Position numbers and translations under genes: made by a program. Of a DNA stretch of 64,000 nucleotides, positions 30,915 to 39,343 are shown in pieces. The stretch's first letter is position 1, and each line of letters begins with the position of its first letter. The notes below the pieces were generated by a model. That model worked only from the letters and a program-made list of their open reading frames with translations, made no database searches and was not told the DNA's origin. The stretch comes from an uncultured Actinomycetes bacterium (GTDB lineage: Bacteria; Actinomycetota; Thermoleophilia; UBA2241), in the NCBI GenBank assembly GCA_963725665.1, contig CAVRZA010000006.1, positions 192,001-256,000 on the forward strand. Direction: 5' to 3'.

Positions 30915-31858
30915 CAGAACTCCTCCGTGCCCACGGACCTGACATAGAGCGCCACCACGATGAGCATGACCGCGAGCAAGAGGGTCGACAATGCGGCCCC
31001 CAGAGGCCACATCCCCGGCCGCGTGAAGTTGGTGTAGACCAGCCACCCCCAGACCACGACCTTGTCGCCGCCGGCGATGGCCGGGATGACGAACTCACCG
31101 GTGGTCGGGATGGAGACGAGCATGCTGCCGGCAATGATGCCCGGCAGGCTGAGCGGCAGCGTCACGCGCCGGAACGTGGTCCACTTGCCGGCGCCGAGGT
31201 CCTTCGACGCCTCGAACAGCGAACGGTCGATCTTCTCGATGGAGACGAAGAGGGGCAACACCATGAAGGGCAGGTAGTCGTAGATCAAGGCGATCCACAC
31301 CGCCGTACTCGAGGGCCACAGGTGCAGCGGGTTCGACGCCGACACCAAGCCCAGCTTCTCGAGGAACGAGTTCAGCAGCCCCTGGTCGCTCAGGACGGTG
31401 CTCCACGAGTACGTCCTGATGAGAAAGCTCGTCCAGAAGGGGATCATCACCATCAGCAAGAACAGCGTCTTTCGCCGCCCGGTCTTGCGCGAGATGAAGT
31501 ACGCCAGCGGGAACCCGAGCAACAGGCAGCCCACGGTGTTGCCAAAGACCATGACGGCCGTGCGCCAGAAGGCCTTCCAGTAGATGCTGTTGGTGAGGAT
31601 CTCCCGATACCAGTGGAAGCTCTGCACCGAGTAGGCGATCTTCTCCGTGCTGACGACCGTCTGCAACGTCAGATTGACGTTCTTGTCGTACACGCCCTGG
31701 TAGCCGAAGCTGAAGACGACAATCAGGATCAGGGGCACGAGGAAGAACGCGAGCATCCAGAAGGCCATCGGCGCCACGAGGACAGGGCCGCCCCATCTGC
31801 CGAGCCTCACCCTCTGCACGCCCGCGGCCTTGGCCCGCACCGTTGCCACTTCAGCCAC
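30914..31858 (-). CDS. ABC transporter permease, PotB-like
   Basis: IPFWTSFLIRTYSW, YLPFMVLPL and EASKDLGA. Confidence 0.9.
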   Translation of the reverse strand: MAEVATVRAKAAGVQRVRLGRWGGPVLVAPMAFWMLAFFLVPLILIVVFSFGYQGVYDKNVNLTLQTVVSTEKIAYSVQSFHWYREILTNSIYWKAFWRTAVMVFGNTVGCLLLGFPLAYFISRKTGRRKTLFLLMVMIPFWTSFLIRTYSWSTVLSDQGLLNSFLEKLGLVSASNPLHLWPSSTAVWIALIYDYLPFMVLPLFVSIEKIDRSLFEASKDLGAGKWTTFRRVTLPLSLPGIIAGSMLVSIPTTGEFVIPAIAGGDKVVVWGWLVYTNFTRPGMWPLGAALSTLLLAVMLIVVALYVRSVGTEEF

Positions 31859-32149
31859 TCTGCGCTACCTCCACCATGCTCAGTCCCGGGCCACTTCAGC
31901 CGGCGCTCGCCCGGGGCGCGCCACGTCGCCGGCGGAGAACGCCGCCCCGAAGCCCAACTCAAGCAGGCTGATTCTTGTACGTCGAGAAGCGCGGTGCAAC
32001 CCCGTGGGGGTCGTAAGGGCGCCTCGAGAGGCTCACCGGCCGCAACGCGCTGACACCGCCCACGGATGAGGCGTCGACGCGCCGGGTTGCACCGCGTCCC
32101 TATTCAGTTAGCATATCCGCGGCACCGGGACGGCTGGTGAGGAGGGTGG

Positions 32150-32770
32150 ATGAGACTCAGCCTGGTTCCGAAAGAACGCGAGTACTTCCGCCTCTTCTCC
32201 GAGATGGCTGCCAACGTCGAGAAGGCCGGTGAGCTGCTCGTGGCGCTGATGAACGACTTCGCCGAGGCCAAGTCGATCAGCCGCCAGATCCTTGAGCACG
32301 AGCACGTCGGCGACAAGATCGTGCACGACATCGTCCAGCGCCTCAACAAGACGTTCGTGACGCCCCTGGAGCGCGAAGACATCTACGACCTCGCGTCGAC
32401 CATGGACGAGATCCTCGACAACATCGAGGCCACGGCCGACATGATGCTCCTCTACAAAGTGTCCGAGGTGGATCCGCGGGCACTAGAGATGGCCGTCGTG
32501 ATCTCCAAGGCGACCGCGGTGCTGCGCACGTGTACCGACGGGCTCGAGAAGAGGTCGAAGAACATGCGCGACTACTGGATCGAGGTCAACCGGCTCGAGA
32601 ACGACGGCGACCGGCTCTACCGCGACGCGGTCGCCGAGCTCTTCGACGACGACATGAAGTGCACCGACATCATCAAGTGGAAGGACATCTACGCCACACT
32701 CGAGAGTGCGATCGACGAATGCGAGCACGTCGCCAACATCCTCGAGAGCATCGTTCTGAAGAACACCTGA
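32150..32770 (+). CDS. DUF47 / PhoU-like phosphate transport regulator
   Basis: EHVGD, TFVTPLEREDI, LENDGD and IIKWKDIY; upstream of pit. Confidence 0.92.
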   Translation: MRLSLVPKEREYFRLFSEMAANVEKAGELLVALMNDFAEAKSISRQILEHEHVGDKIVHDIVQRLNKTFVTPLEREDIYDLASTMDEILDNIEATADMMLLYKVSEVDPRALEMAVVISKATAVLRTCTDGLEKRSKNMRDYWIEVNRLENDGDRLYRDAVAELFDDDMKCTDIIKWKDIYATLESAIDECEHVANILESIVLKNT

Positions 32771-33759
32771 TGCTCCTGCTCGTCGTCATCGTCGCCGTGG
32801 CGCTCGCCTTCGACTTCACCAACGGTTTTCACGACTCGGCCAACGCCATCGCCACATCGGTGTCGACGCGCGCCCTCTCGCCACGCCTCGCCCTGCTCAT
32901 GGCCGCGGTGCTCAACATGGCCGGCGCATTCGCGGGGCAGAAGGTCGCCCAGACGGTCGGCAAGGGCATCGTCACCCTCCCGGCCGACTCGCAGACGGTT
33001 GTGCTCGCCGCCCTCATCGGCGCCATCAGTTGGAACCTAGTTACTTGGTATTTCGGACTCCCCTCGAGCTCTTCTCACGCCCTCATCGGCGGTCTCATCG
33101 GAGCCACGCTCGTCGCGGTTGGCACCAGTGGGGTGAATTGGAAAGGCGTTTGGGACAAGGTCATCATCCCGATGATCGGCTCGCCGATTATCGGCTTCGC
33201 CGTCGCGCTCGCGATCATGAACGTCCTGCTCCTGATCGTGCACCGTTGGTCGCCCCGACCGGTGAACCGAACGTTTCGCCTTATCCAGCCCATCTCGGCC
33301 GGGGCCGTCGCCTTCGCTCACGGCTCCAACGACGCACAGAAGACGATGGGCATAATCACCCTTGCCCTCGTGACCACGGGGCATCTCTCCGGTACGGCGC
33401 CCATCCCAACGTGGGTGATCATGCTGGCGGCAACGGCGATGGCGTTCGGCACCTACTTCGGCGGCTGGCGCATCATCCACACGCTCGGGACGAAGGTCAT
33501 CAAGCTCGACCCGATCCACGGCGTTGCCGCCGAGACAAGCGCCGCCGGTGTCATCTACGGCGCCGGCCACTTCTTCGGCTTCCCGATCTCGACCACACAG
33601 ACGATCACCGCCTCGATCATGGGCGCGGGTGCCACGGGGGGCCTGTCCGCCGTGAGATGGGGCGTGGCGGGGAACATCGCCTGGGCATGGGTGCTGACCC
33701 TGCCGGCCGCTGCGGGCGTCGCAGCCCTCGTCTACCTCCCGTTGAACGCCGTCCTCTAG
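32770..33759 (+). CDS. pit: Inorganic phosphate transporter (Pit family)
   Basis: NGFHDSANAIAT, GLPSSSSHAL, HGSNDAQK and PISTTQ; ATG 32770 overlaps the upstream stop. Confidence 0.93.
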   Translation: MLLLVVIVAVALAFDFTNGFHDSANAIATSVSTRALSPRLALLMAAVLNMAGAFAGQKVAQTVGKGIVTLPADSQTVVLAALIGAISWNLVTWYFGLPSSSSHALIGGLIGATLVAVGTSGVNWKGVWDKVIIPMIGSPIIGFAVALAIMNVLLLIVHRWSPRPVNRTFRLIQPISAGAVAFAHGSNDAQKTMGIITLALVTTGHLSGTAPIPTWVIMLAATAMAFGTYFGGWRIIHTLGTKVIKLDPIHGVAAETSAAGVIYGAGHFFGFPISTTQTITASIMGAGATGGLSAVRWGVAGNIAWAWVLTLPAAAGVAALVYLPLNAVL

Positions 33760-33948
33760 AACCGGCGCCGCTGCGCGCCGCGGCCGTCGCGAGCGCCGGC
33801 CGGCACAGGCAGAGTCCTTCGCGCTCGTCCGTTCCTGGCGAGAAGGGATGCGCCCAAGTCCTCGAACCTCCTCGTTTGGCGTACCCGGCCGCTGGGTATC
33901 GGACGGTCACGCGGTCCGGAGGTCGGGCCGGCACGAAGCGGGGGGATC

Positions 33949-34209
33949 ATGGGCGACGAGCGAGATCTCGAGATTCTGCACTGGTTCAGAAGGAGCCCGC
34001 GTCGGCAACGGGGCGAGCTCATTGAGGGAGCGGTCCGCGAGGGAGAGGCGCTGGCCAGGGTCTGGGGCATCGAGGCCTGCGACGTCTGCGGGCGCACGAT
34101 CCTGCTTGGCGAGGGCATCTCTCGCTTCAGGAGCAGTGAGCGGGTCCTGAAGGTATGCCCGACCTGCGAGGCGAAGGCCGTCTCGGACGGCTTTCAGCGG
34201 GCCGCCTGA
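33949..34209 (+). CDS. Small hypothetical protein with CxxC..CxxC
   Basis: CDVC..CPTC; G-rich RBS; 86 aa. Confidence 0.55.
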   Translation: MGDERDLEILHWFRRSPRRQRGELIEGAVREGEALARVWGIEACDVCGRTILLGEGISRFRSSERVLKVCPTCEAKAVSDGFQRAA

Positions 34210-34409
34210 GGCCGTTGCGACGGGGGGACCCGCGGTCTACCTACCGAGCAAGACCCCGGTTTCCACTATCAGCAACGGACAAAGGCTTGCGCTCGCGGCT
34301 AGCGCTTTAGTAGCGTTACGGGCGCCGGTCAGCGACGTGTCGCGGTGACACTCGCCCCAGTGTGAGCTCGCACCAATCGCGAGCGGCGTGATGGGCGGCA
34401 GGGAGTAGC

Positions 34410-35813
34410 GTGAAAATCCGTCTCATCGAGCCTGAGCCGCCGGGCATGAACGTCTACAGCTTCGTCATGATGCCGCGTCTCGGCCTGCCCATCATCGGCT
34501 CCGTTCTGCGCAGCCGGGGGCACGACGTCAAGATCTACGCGCCGCACATCGGAGCGATCGACTGGAACGACGTCCTCAGCGCCGACCTCGTCGGCATCTC
34601 CACCACGACGTCGACGGCGACGGCGGGCTACGAGTTCGCCGATCGGGCGCGCACGAAGGGCATCCCGGTCGTCATGGGCGGCACGCACGTCACCTTCATG
34701 TACGAGGAAGCGCTGGAGCACGCCGATTTCGTGGCGCGCGGCGAGGGCGGCGAGGCGCTCATGGTGGAGCTCATCGAGGCGCTCGGAGGCGGCCGCAGCT
34801 TCGAGGACATCGACGGGCTCGTCTTCCGCCGCGACGGCGGGACCGTCGTGAACAAGTTGCGCGACCGCCTCGCGGACCTCGATGAGCTCCCCTTCCCCGA
34901 CCTGACCCTCATCGCCGGCAACGAGCGCATCGGAACAACGCCGATGATGACGAGCTGGGGATGCCCGTTCGACTGCAACTTCTGCTCGGTCACGGCCATG
35001 TTCGGCAAGAAGTACCGTTTCCGCAGCGCCGACAGCATCCTCGCTGAGATCCGCGAGAAGCGGCCGCGCAAGATCTTCTTCTACGACGACAATATCGCCG
35101 CCAACAGGGGGCGCCTCAAGACGCTGCTACGGCGCATGATCGAGGAGGATCTGGTCGTCCCCTGGTCGGCCCAGATGCGCATAGACGTCACCCGCGACCC
35201 CGAGCTCCTCGACCTGATGCGCCGCGCGAAGTGCCTGATCGTGTACCTCGGCTTGGAGTCGATCCACCAGGAGACCCTCGACCGCTTCGACAAGCGACAG
35301 ACGGTCGACGACATCGTGCTCGCACTGCGCACCTTCCGGAAGCACGGGTTGAAGACACACGGCATGTTCGTCCTTGGGGCCGACACCGACGACCGCCAGA
35401 CGGTGCGCGACACGGTCGATTTCTGCATGAAGAACCACGTCGACACCATCCAGCTCAACATCCTGACGCCGCTGCCGGGCACGCCGGTGTTCGATGACCT
35501 CGATGCGCAGGGACGCATCTTCGAGAAGCGCTGGCACCTCTACGACGCGCACCATGTGGTCTTCACGCCGAAGCAGATGACCCCCTACGAGCTGCAGCTC
35601 GAGACCCTGCGGGGGTTCATGCGCTTCTACTCGCTGCGCCAGTGGCTCAAGTACTTCTTCACCTTCCGCTTCACCAAGCTGCTCTTCCAGGGCTGGGGCT
35701 GGTGGATCGTGCGGACCTGGCGCAAAGACAAGCGCAACCGAGCCTTCATGCGCACCCTGAAGCGCTTCCGCTGGCCATCCGAGGCCGTCAAGGTCGCCGA
35801 TTCTCAGCGGTAG
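34410..35813 (+). CDS. B12-binding domain radical SAM protein
   Basis: N-terminal cobalamin-binding domain (VVMGGTH, RGEG), GCPFDCNFC, FFYDDN and LTPLPGT. Confidence 0.92.
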   Translation: MKIRLIEPEPPGMNVYSFVMMPRLGLPIIGSVLRSRGHDVKIYAPHIGAIDWNDVLSADLVGISTTTSTATAGYEFADRARTKGIPVVMGGTHVTFMYEEALEHADFVARGEGGEALMVELIEALGGGRSFEDIDGLVFRRDGGTVVNKLRDRLADLDELPFPDLTLIAGNERIGTTPMMTSWGCPFDCNFCSVTAMFGKKYRFRSADSILAEIREKRPRKIFFYDDNIAANRGRLKTLLRRMIEEDLVVPWSAQMRIDVTRDPELLDLMRRAKCLIVYLGLESIHQETLDRFDKRQTVDDIVLALRTFRKHGLKTHGMFVLGADTDDRQTVRDTVDFCMKNHVDTIQLNILTPLPGTPVFDDLDAQGRIFEKRWHLYDAHHVVFTPKQMTPYELQLETLRGFMRFYSLRQWLKYFFTFRFTKLLFQGWGWWIVRTWRKDKRNRAFMRTLKRFRWPSEAVKVADSQR

Positions 35814-35887
35814 CCTCACGTCCGACTGAGCGGCGCGGCGTCAGACGGAGAGACGGCTCGCCGGACGGAGGGGCGGCGCCGTCGGGG

Positions 35888-36475
35888 TCAGGAAAGACGG
35901 GCTATGAAGACCGCCTGGTACAACACCACCAGGCCGTAGAAGAGGGTCAGGCTCACGCTGGAAGCCACCGCCAAGCGGTGGTGTCGATACCTCCACAGTA
36001 CCAGCACGCCGAAAGTCACCACGCCCACCTTGAACACGACGGCCGGAAGCCAACCCATCCCGATCAGAAGGTTCATCAGGCTGTTCGCCTCACTGGCCAT
36101 GCCGCTCTGCAGAGCGTGGCGGGTGAGCAGTAGATCCCAAAGGTTCAACATCCAGAGCGCCGCCAACGCTGCGACCACGACTGGACGCGGTCTGATCCCG
36201 TGGGAGACGAGCCAGCTTGTGCGGCCGGGACAGAGGCAGTCGTTGTCGGCGAGCGCCGCGACGTAGGAGCGGGCGAAGCCGCGCTCGAACGGCACGCGGT
36301 GCAGTGTGCCGCAGTGCGGACACGCGTAGCGCAGAAGAAGGGTGTCGGCTTCGCGGCTCACGAAAGGCGCTGGCCGTGCGCGGCGCTCGCCGCGCCGCAG
36401 CCCGCCCGCACCCGGCCGCAGGCGCCGCTCACGCACGCGCCGATCGACCAGGTAGACATCGCCTATGAGGCTCAA
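35888..36475 (-). CDS. DUF5658-like membrane protein with N-terminal CxxC segment
   Basis: LNLWDLLLT..EANSLM..FK TM pattern; CPHC..CLC upstream; start uncertain. Confidence 0.6.
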   Translation of the reverse strand: MSLIGDVYLVDRRVRERRLRPGAGGLRRGERRARPAPFVSREADTLLLRYACPHCGTLHRVPFERGFARSYVAALADNDCLCPGRTSWLVSHGIRPRPVVVAALAALWMLNLWDLLLTRHALQSGMASEANSLMNLLIGMGWLPAVVFKVGVVTFGVLVLWRYRHHRLAVASSVSLTLFYGLVVLYQAVFIARLS

Positions 36476-36680
36476 CGCGTTACCGCGCAGACCCCGGTCT
36501 ATGACGATCCTCGCCTCGATCGGTTACCCCCCCAACCGCGCATGTAGGCCAAGCAACGCTTACGCTATACCCTGCCGGTCTGGGTGCGCACTCCGTTGGC
36601 GTACTCGCCCCGGGCAACGCAACTCCCCGCGCGACTCCGACAGAAGAGAACGGCAGCACGGACAGAGACGGGCGCCGCAT

Positions 36681-36793
36681 GAGGCTGAAGCGAGCCCGGA
36701 GCCACCCAGGGAGAGAGCAGGGCGGGTTGAATAAGTGCGGGACGGGTGCTAGGGTTCCCCGAGTTTGGAAATAGGGCGCTCACCTTGAGGGCG
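36681..36793 (+). ncRNA. Divergent c-di-AMP (ydaO/yuaA)-like riboswitch candidate
   Basis: GCTGAA..GGAGCC..GGGTTGAAT..TAGGG..CCCGAG..GCTCACCTTGAGGGCG follows the motif order of the ydaO aptamer; lies upstream of a cell-wall hydrolase. Confidence 0.45.
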
Positions 36794-36839
36794 CGCGCAG
36801 GTGTGCAACGGCGCGACGCGCCTCGAAAGGAGGCGATGA

Positions 36840-37856
36840 ATGACCAGTAGACGACTCGTCCCGGCCGTCATCGCCATCACCACCATCCTCCTCCTCCTCG
36901 TCACCGCCTCTCCGTCGCTAGCCACTCCCTCCCTGTCGGCGCGCGCGCGCAAGATCCAGCGCCAGCTGGATGCGCTCTACATGCGCATGGACGTGGTCAC
37001 CGACCAGTACAACAGCGCCAACGACCGGCTGACCAAGGTCCGTGGCGAGATCCGCGAGAACGAGCACAACATCGCGATCGCCCGATACAACCTCGCCGTC
37101 GCCAAGGACACGCTGCACGACCGCATCGTCGCCATGTACAAGGAGCGTCCCGTCGATCTCCTCGATGTGATCTTGCAGACCAGGAGCTTCGACGACATGC
37201 TCACGCAACTCGACCTGCTGCAGAAGCTGGGCGCGAGCGACGCCAAGGTCGTGAGCTCGATCAAGACCTGGGAAGCCGACATCGCGAAGCGGCGCGTGGC
37301 GCTCAACAAGCAGCGGACGACCGCAGCCAAGCTGGTGAGCGAGGTCGCCGCCAAGCGGGCGCTCATCCATGCGGACATCACCAAGAGCGAGCGGATGCTG
37401 CGCGGCGTCAAGGCCCAGATCGCCCGCTACGAGGCGGCGCAGGCCGCGGCGGCGCGGGCGCGAGCCCTCGCGGCGGGGGTCCCTCAGGTTCTGCCTCGCG
37501 GCGTAGTCATCGACAACTCCGGCCCCGGTCACCCCGGGGTGATCGCCGTCGCGCAGCAGTACCTTGGCGTCGCCTATGTGTACGGCGGCTCCACACCGTC
37601 GGGTTTCGATTGCTCAGGCTTCACCATGTTCTGCTACGCGCAGATCGGCATCGGCCTGCCGCACAATGCGGCCGCCCAACAGGCCTCGGTGACGGCCGTC
37701 TCGTCGCCGCAGCCCGGAGACCTCGTCTTCTTCGGCTATCCGGCCTACCACGTGGGGCTCTACGTCGGGGGCGGCAGCATGATCCACGCCCCGCACACCG
37801 GCGCCGTCGTCAGCTACGGCTCGACGGCCGGCGCGAGCGGCTACGGCCGGCCGTAG
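36840..37856 (+). CDS. Secreted NlpC/P60 peptidoglycan endopeptidase with coiled coil (PcsB/CwlO-like)
   Basis: Signal peptide, coiled coil, YVYGG..GFDCSGF and HVGLYVGGGSMIHAP. Confidence 0.93.
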   Translation: MTSRRLVPAVIAITTILLLLVTASPSLATPSLSARARKIQRQLDALYMRMDVVTDQYNSANDRLTKVRGEIRENEHNIAIARYNLAVAKDTLHDRIVAMYKERPVDLLDVILQTRSFDDMLTQLDLLQKLGASDAKVVSSIKTWEADIAKRRVALNKQRTTAAKLVSEVAAKRALIHADITKSERMLRGVKAQIARYEAAQAAAARARALAAGVPQVLPRGVVIDNSGPGHPGVIAVAQQYLGVAYVYGGSTPSGFDCSGFTMFCYAQIGIGLPHNAAAQQASVTAVSSPQPGDLVFFGYPAYHVGLYVGGGSMIHAPHTGAVVSYGSTAGASGYGRP

Positions 37857-38016
37857 CGCGCAGCCTCACCTGGCCGCGCTCTGGGAGCGCTCCCACTAGC
37901 TGTCGCCCCCGCGCCGTCGGCCGTCGCCCTTTCCCTGCTCGAGGCACAACAGGGTAAACATTTTCGCTCCGCGTCCGAATAAGGGTATGGAGATCCGGTG
38001 GCGACGGAGGGCGAAC

Positions 38017-39108
38017 GTGAAACCTATCGATGAGCTCCTGCAAGAGATGACCTCACGGAAGGCGTCCGACCTGCACGTGAAGGCCGGCAGCCCCCCCGTG
38101 ATCCGCGTCGACGGTGAGCTCTTCCTCCTCGACGCCCCGCCCATGACCCCCGAGGATACCAAGGACGTCGCAGCGTCGATCATGACCGACAAGCAGATCC
38201 GCCGCTTCTCCGAGCACAACGAGATCGACTTCGCCTACTCGGCCCCGCAGCTCGGCCGTTTCCGCGTCAACGTGTTCCGCCAGCGCGGCAGCATCAGCAT
38301 GGCCATGCGCCAGGTCGCGACGCAGATCCCCAGCTTCGAGGAGCTGCACCTGCCGGAGATCATCAAGCGTCTAGCCCTCGAGCCTCGCGGCCTCGTGCTC
38401 GTGACGGGGACGACCGGGTCGGGCAAGACGACGACGCTGGCGGCCATGATCGACCACATCAACTCGAGCCTCCGCCGGCACGTCGTGACGATCGAGGACC
38501 CGATCGAGGTGCTGCACAAGGACCGCAAAGCGATCATCAACCAGCGCGAGATCGGCCTCGACACAGAGACCTACGCCAGCGCACTCAAGTACGTCCTGCG
38601 CCAGGACCCGGACGTCATCCTCATCGGCGAGATGCGCGACATCGAGACGGTGTCGGCGGCGCTCACCGCGGCCCAGACCGGTCACCTCGTCATGAGCACC
38701 TTGCACACGATAGACGCGCAGGAGACCGTCAACCGAGTCATCGACTTCTTCCCCCTGCACGAGCAGAAGCAGGTGCGCATCATGCTCGCCGGCACGCTCA
38801 AGGGCATCGTCTCGCAGCGCCTCCTCCCCCGGGCCGACGGGAACGGCCGCGTCCCGGCCGTCGAGGTCCTCATCATGACCAACCGCATCCGCGACTTCGT
38901 GCTCGAGCCCGAGCAGACCGGCATGATCGTCCAGGCGCTCAAAGAGGGTGAGTTCTACGGCATGCAGACGTTCGACCAGGCCCTCTTGAAGCTCTACGAG
39001 GACGGCATGATCACTCTGCACGACGCGGCTCAGGTCGCCTCGAACCCGCACGACTTCAAGCTCATGATCCAGGCCCAGGGTCACGACGTGAGCCTGATGA
39101 CGTTCTAG
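38017..39108 (+). CDS. pilT: Type IV pilus retraction ATPase, PilT/PilU family
   Basis: ASDLH, GRFRVNVFRQRG, TGTTGSGKTT, LRQDPDVILIGEMRD and GMQTFDQ; the AIRNLIRE motif is replaced by RIRDFVLE. Confidence 0.88.
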   Translation: MKPIDELLQEMTSRKASDLHVKAGSPPVIRVDGELFLLDAPPMTPEDTKDVAASIMTDKQIRRFSEHNEIDFAYSAPQLGRFRVNVFRQRGSISMAMRQVATQIPSFEELHLPEIIKRLALEPRGLVLVTGTTGSGKTTTLAAMIDHINSSLRRHVVTIEDPIEVLHKDRKAIINQREIGLDTETYASALKYVLRQDPDVILIGEMRDIETVSAALTAAQTGHLVMSTLHTIDAQETVNRVIDFFPLHEQKQVRIMLAGTLKGIVSQRLLPRADGNGRVPAVEVLIMTNRIRDFVLEPEQTGMIVQALKEGEFYGMQTFDQALLKLYEDGMITLHDAAQVASNPHDFKLMIQAQGHDVSLMTF

Positions 39109-39343
39109 CGGCGCCAGCTTCCTCTCGCCGCCCCCGACGACGCGGCGGCCGTACCGGCCGCCGCCGCCGAGCGCCCACCTCGCCTGTCGCGTCAGCCCCG
39201 ACCTCCTGGGAGCACCTCATGAGGTCCTTCGTATGCAGGTCTTTCGCGTTGCTGAGCGGCGTGCTCCCGGCTACAGTTGACCATCGTGCACGCGACGAAG
39301 CACACCCGCCTTCTGTGACCCGCGCCCTCGGAGGCAGCGAGTC

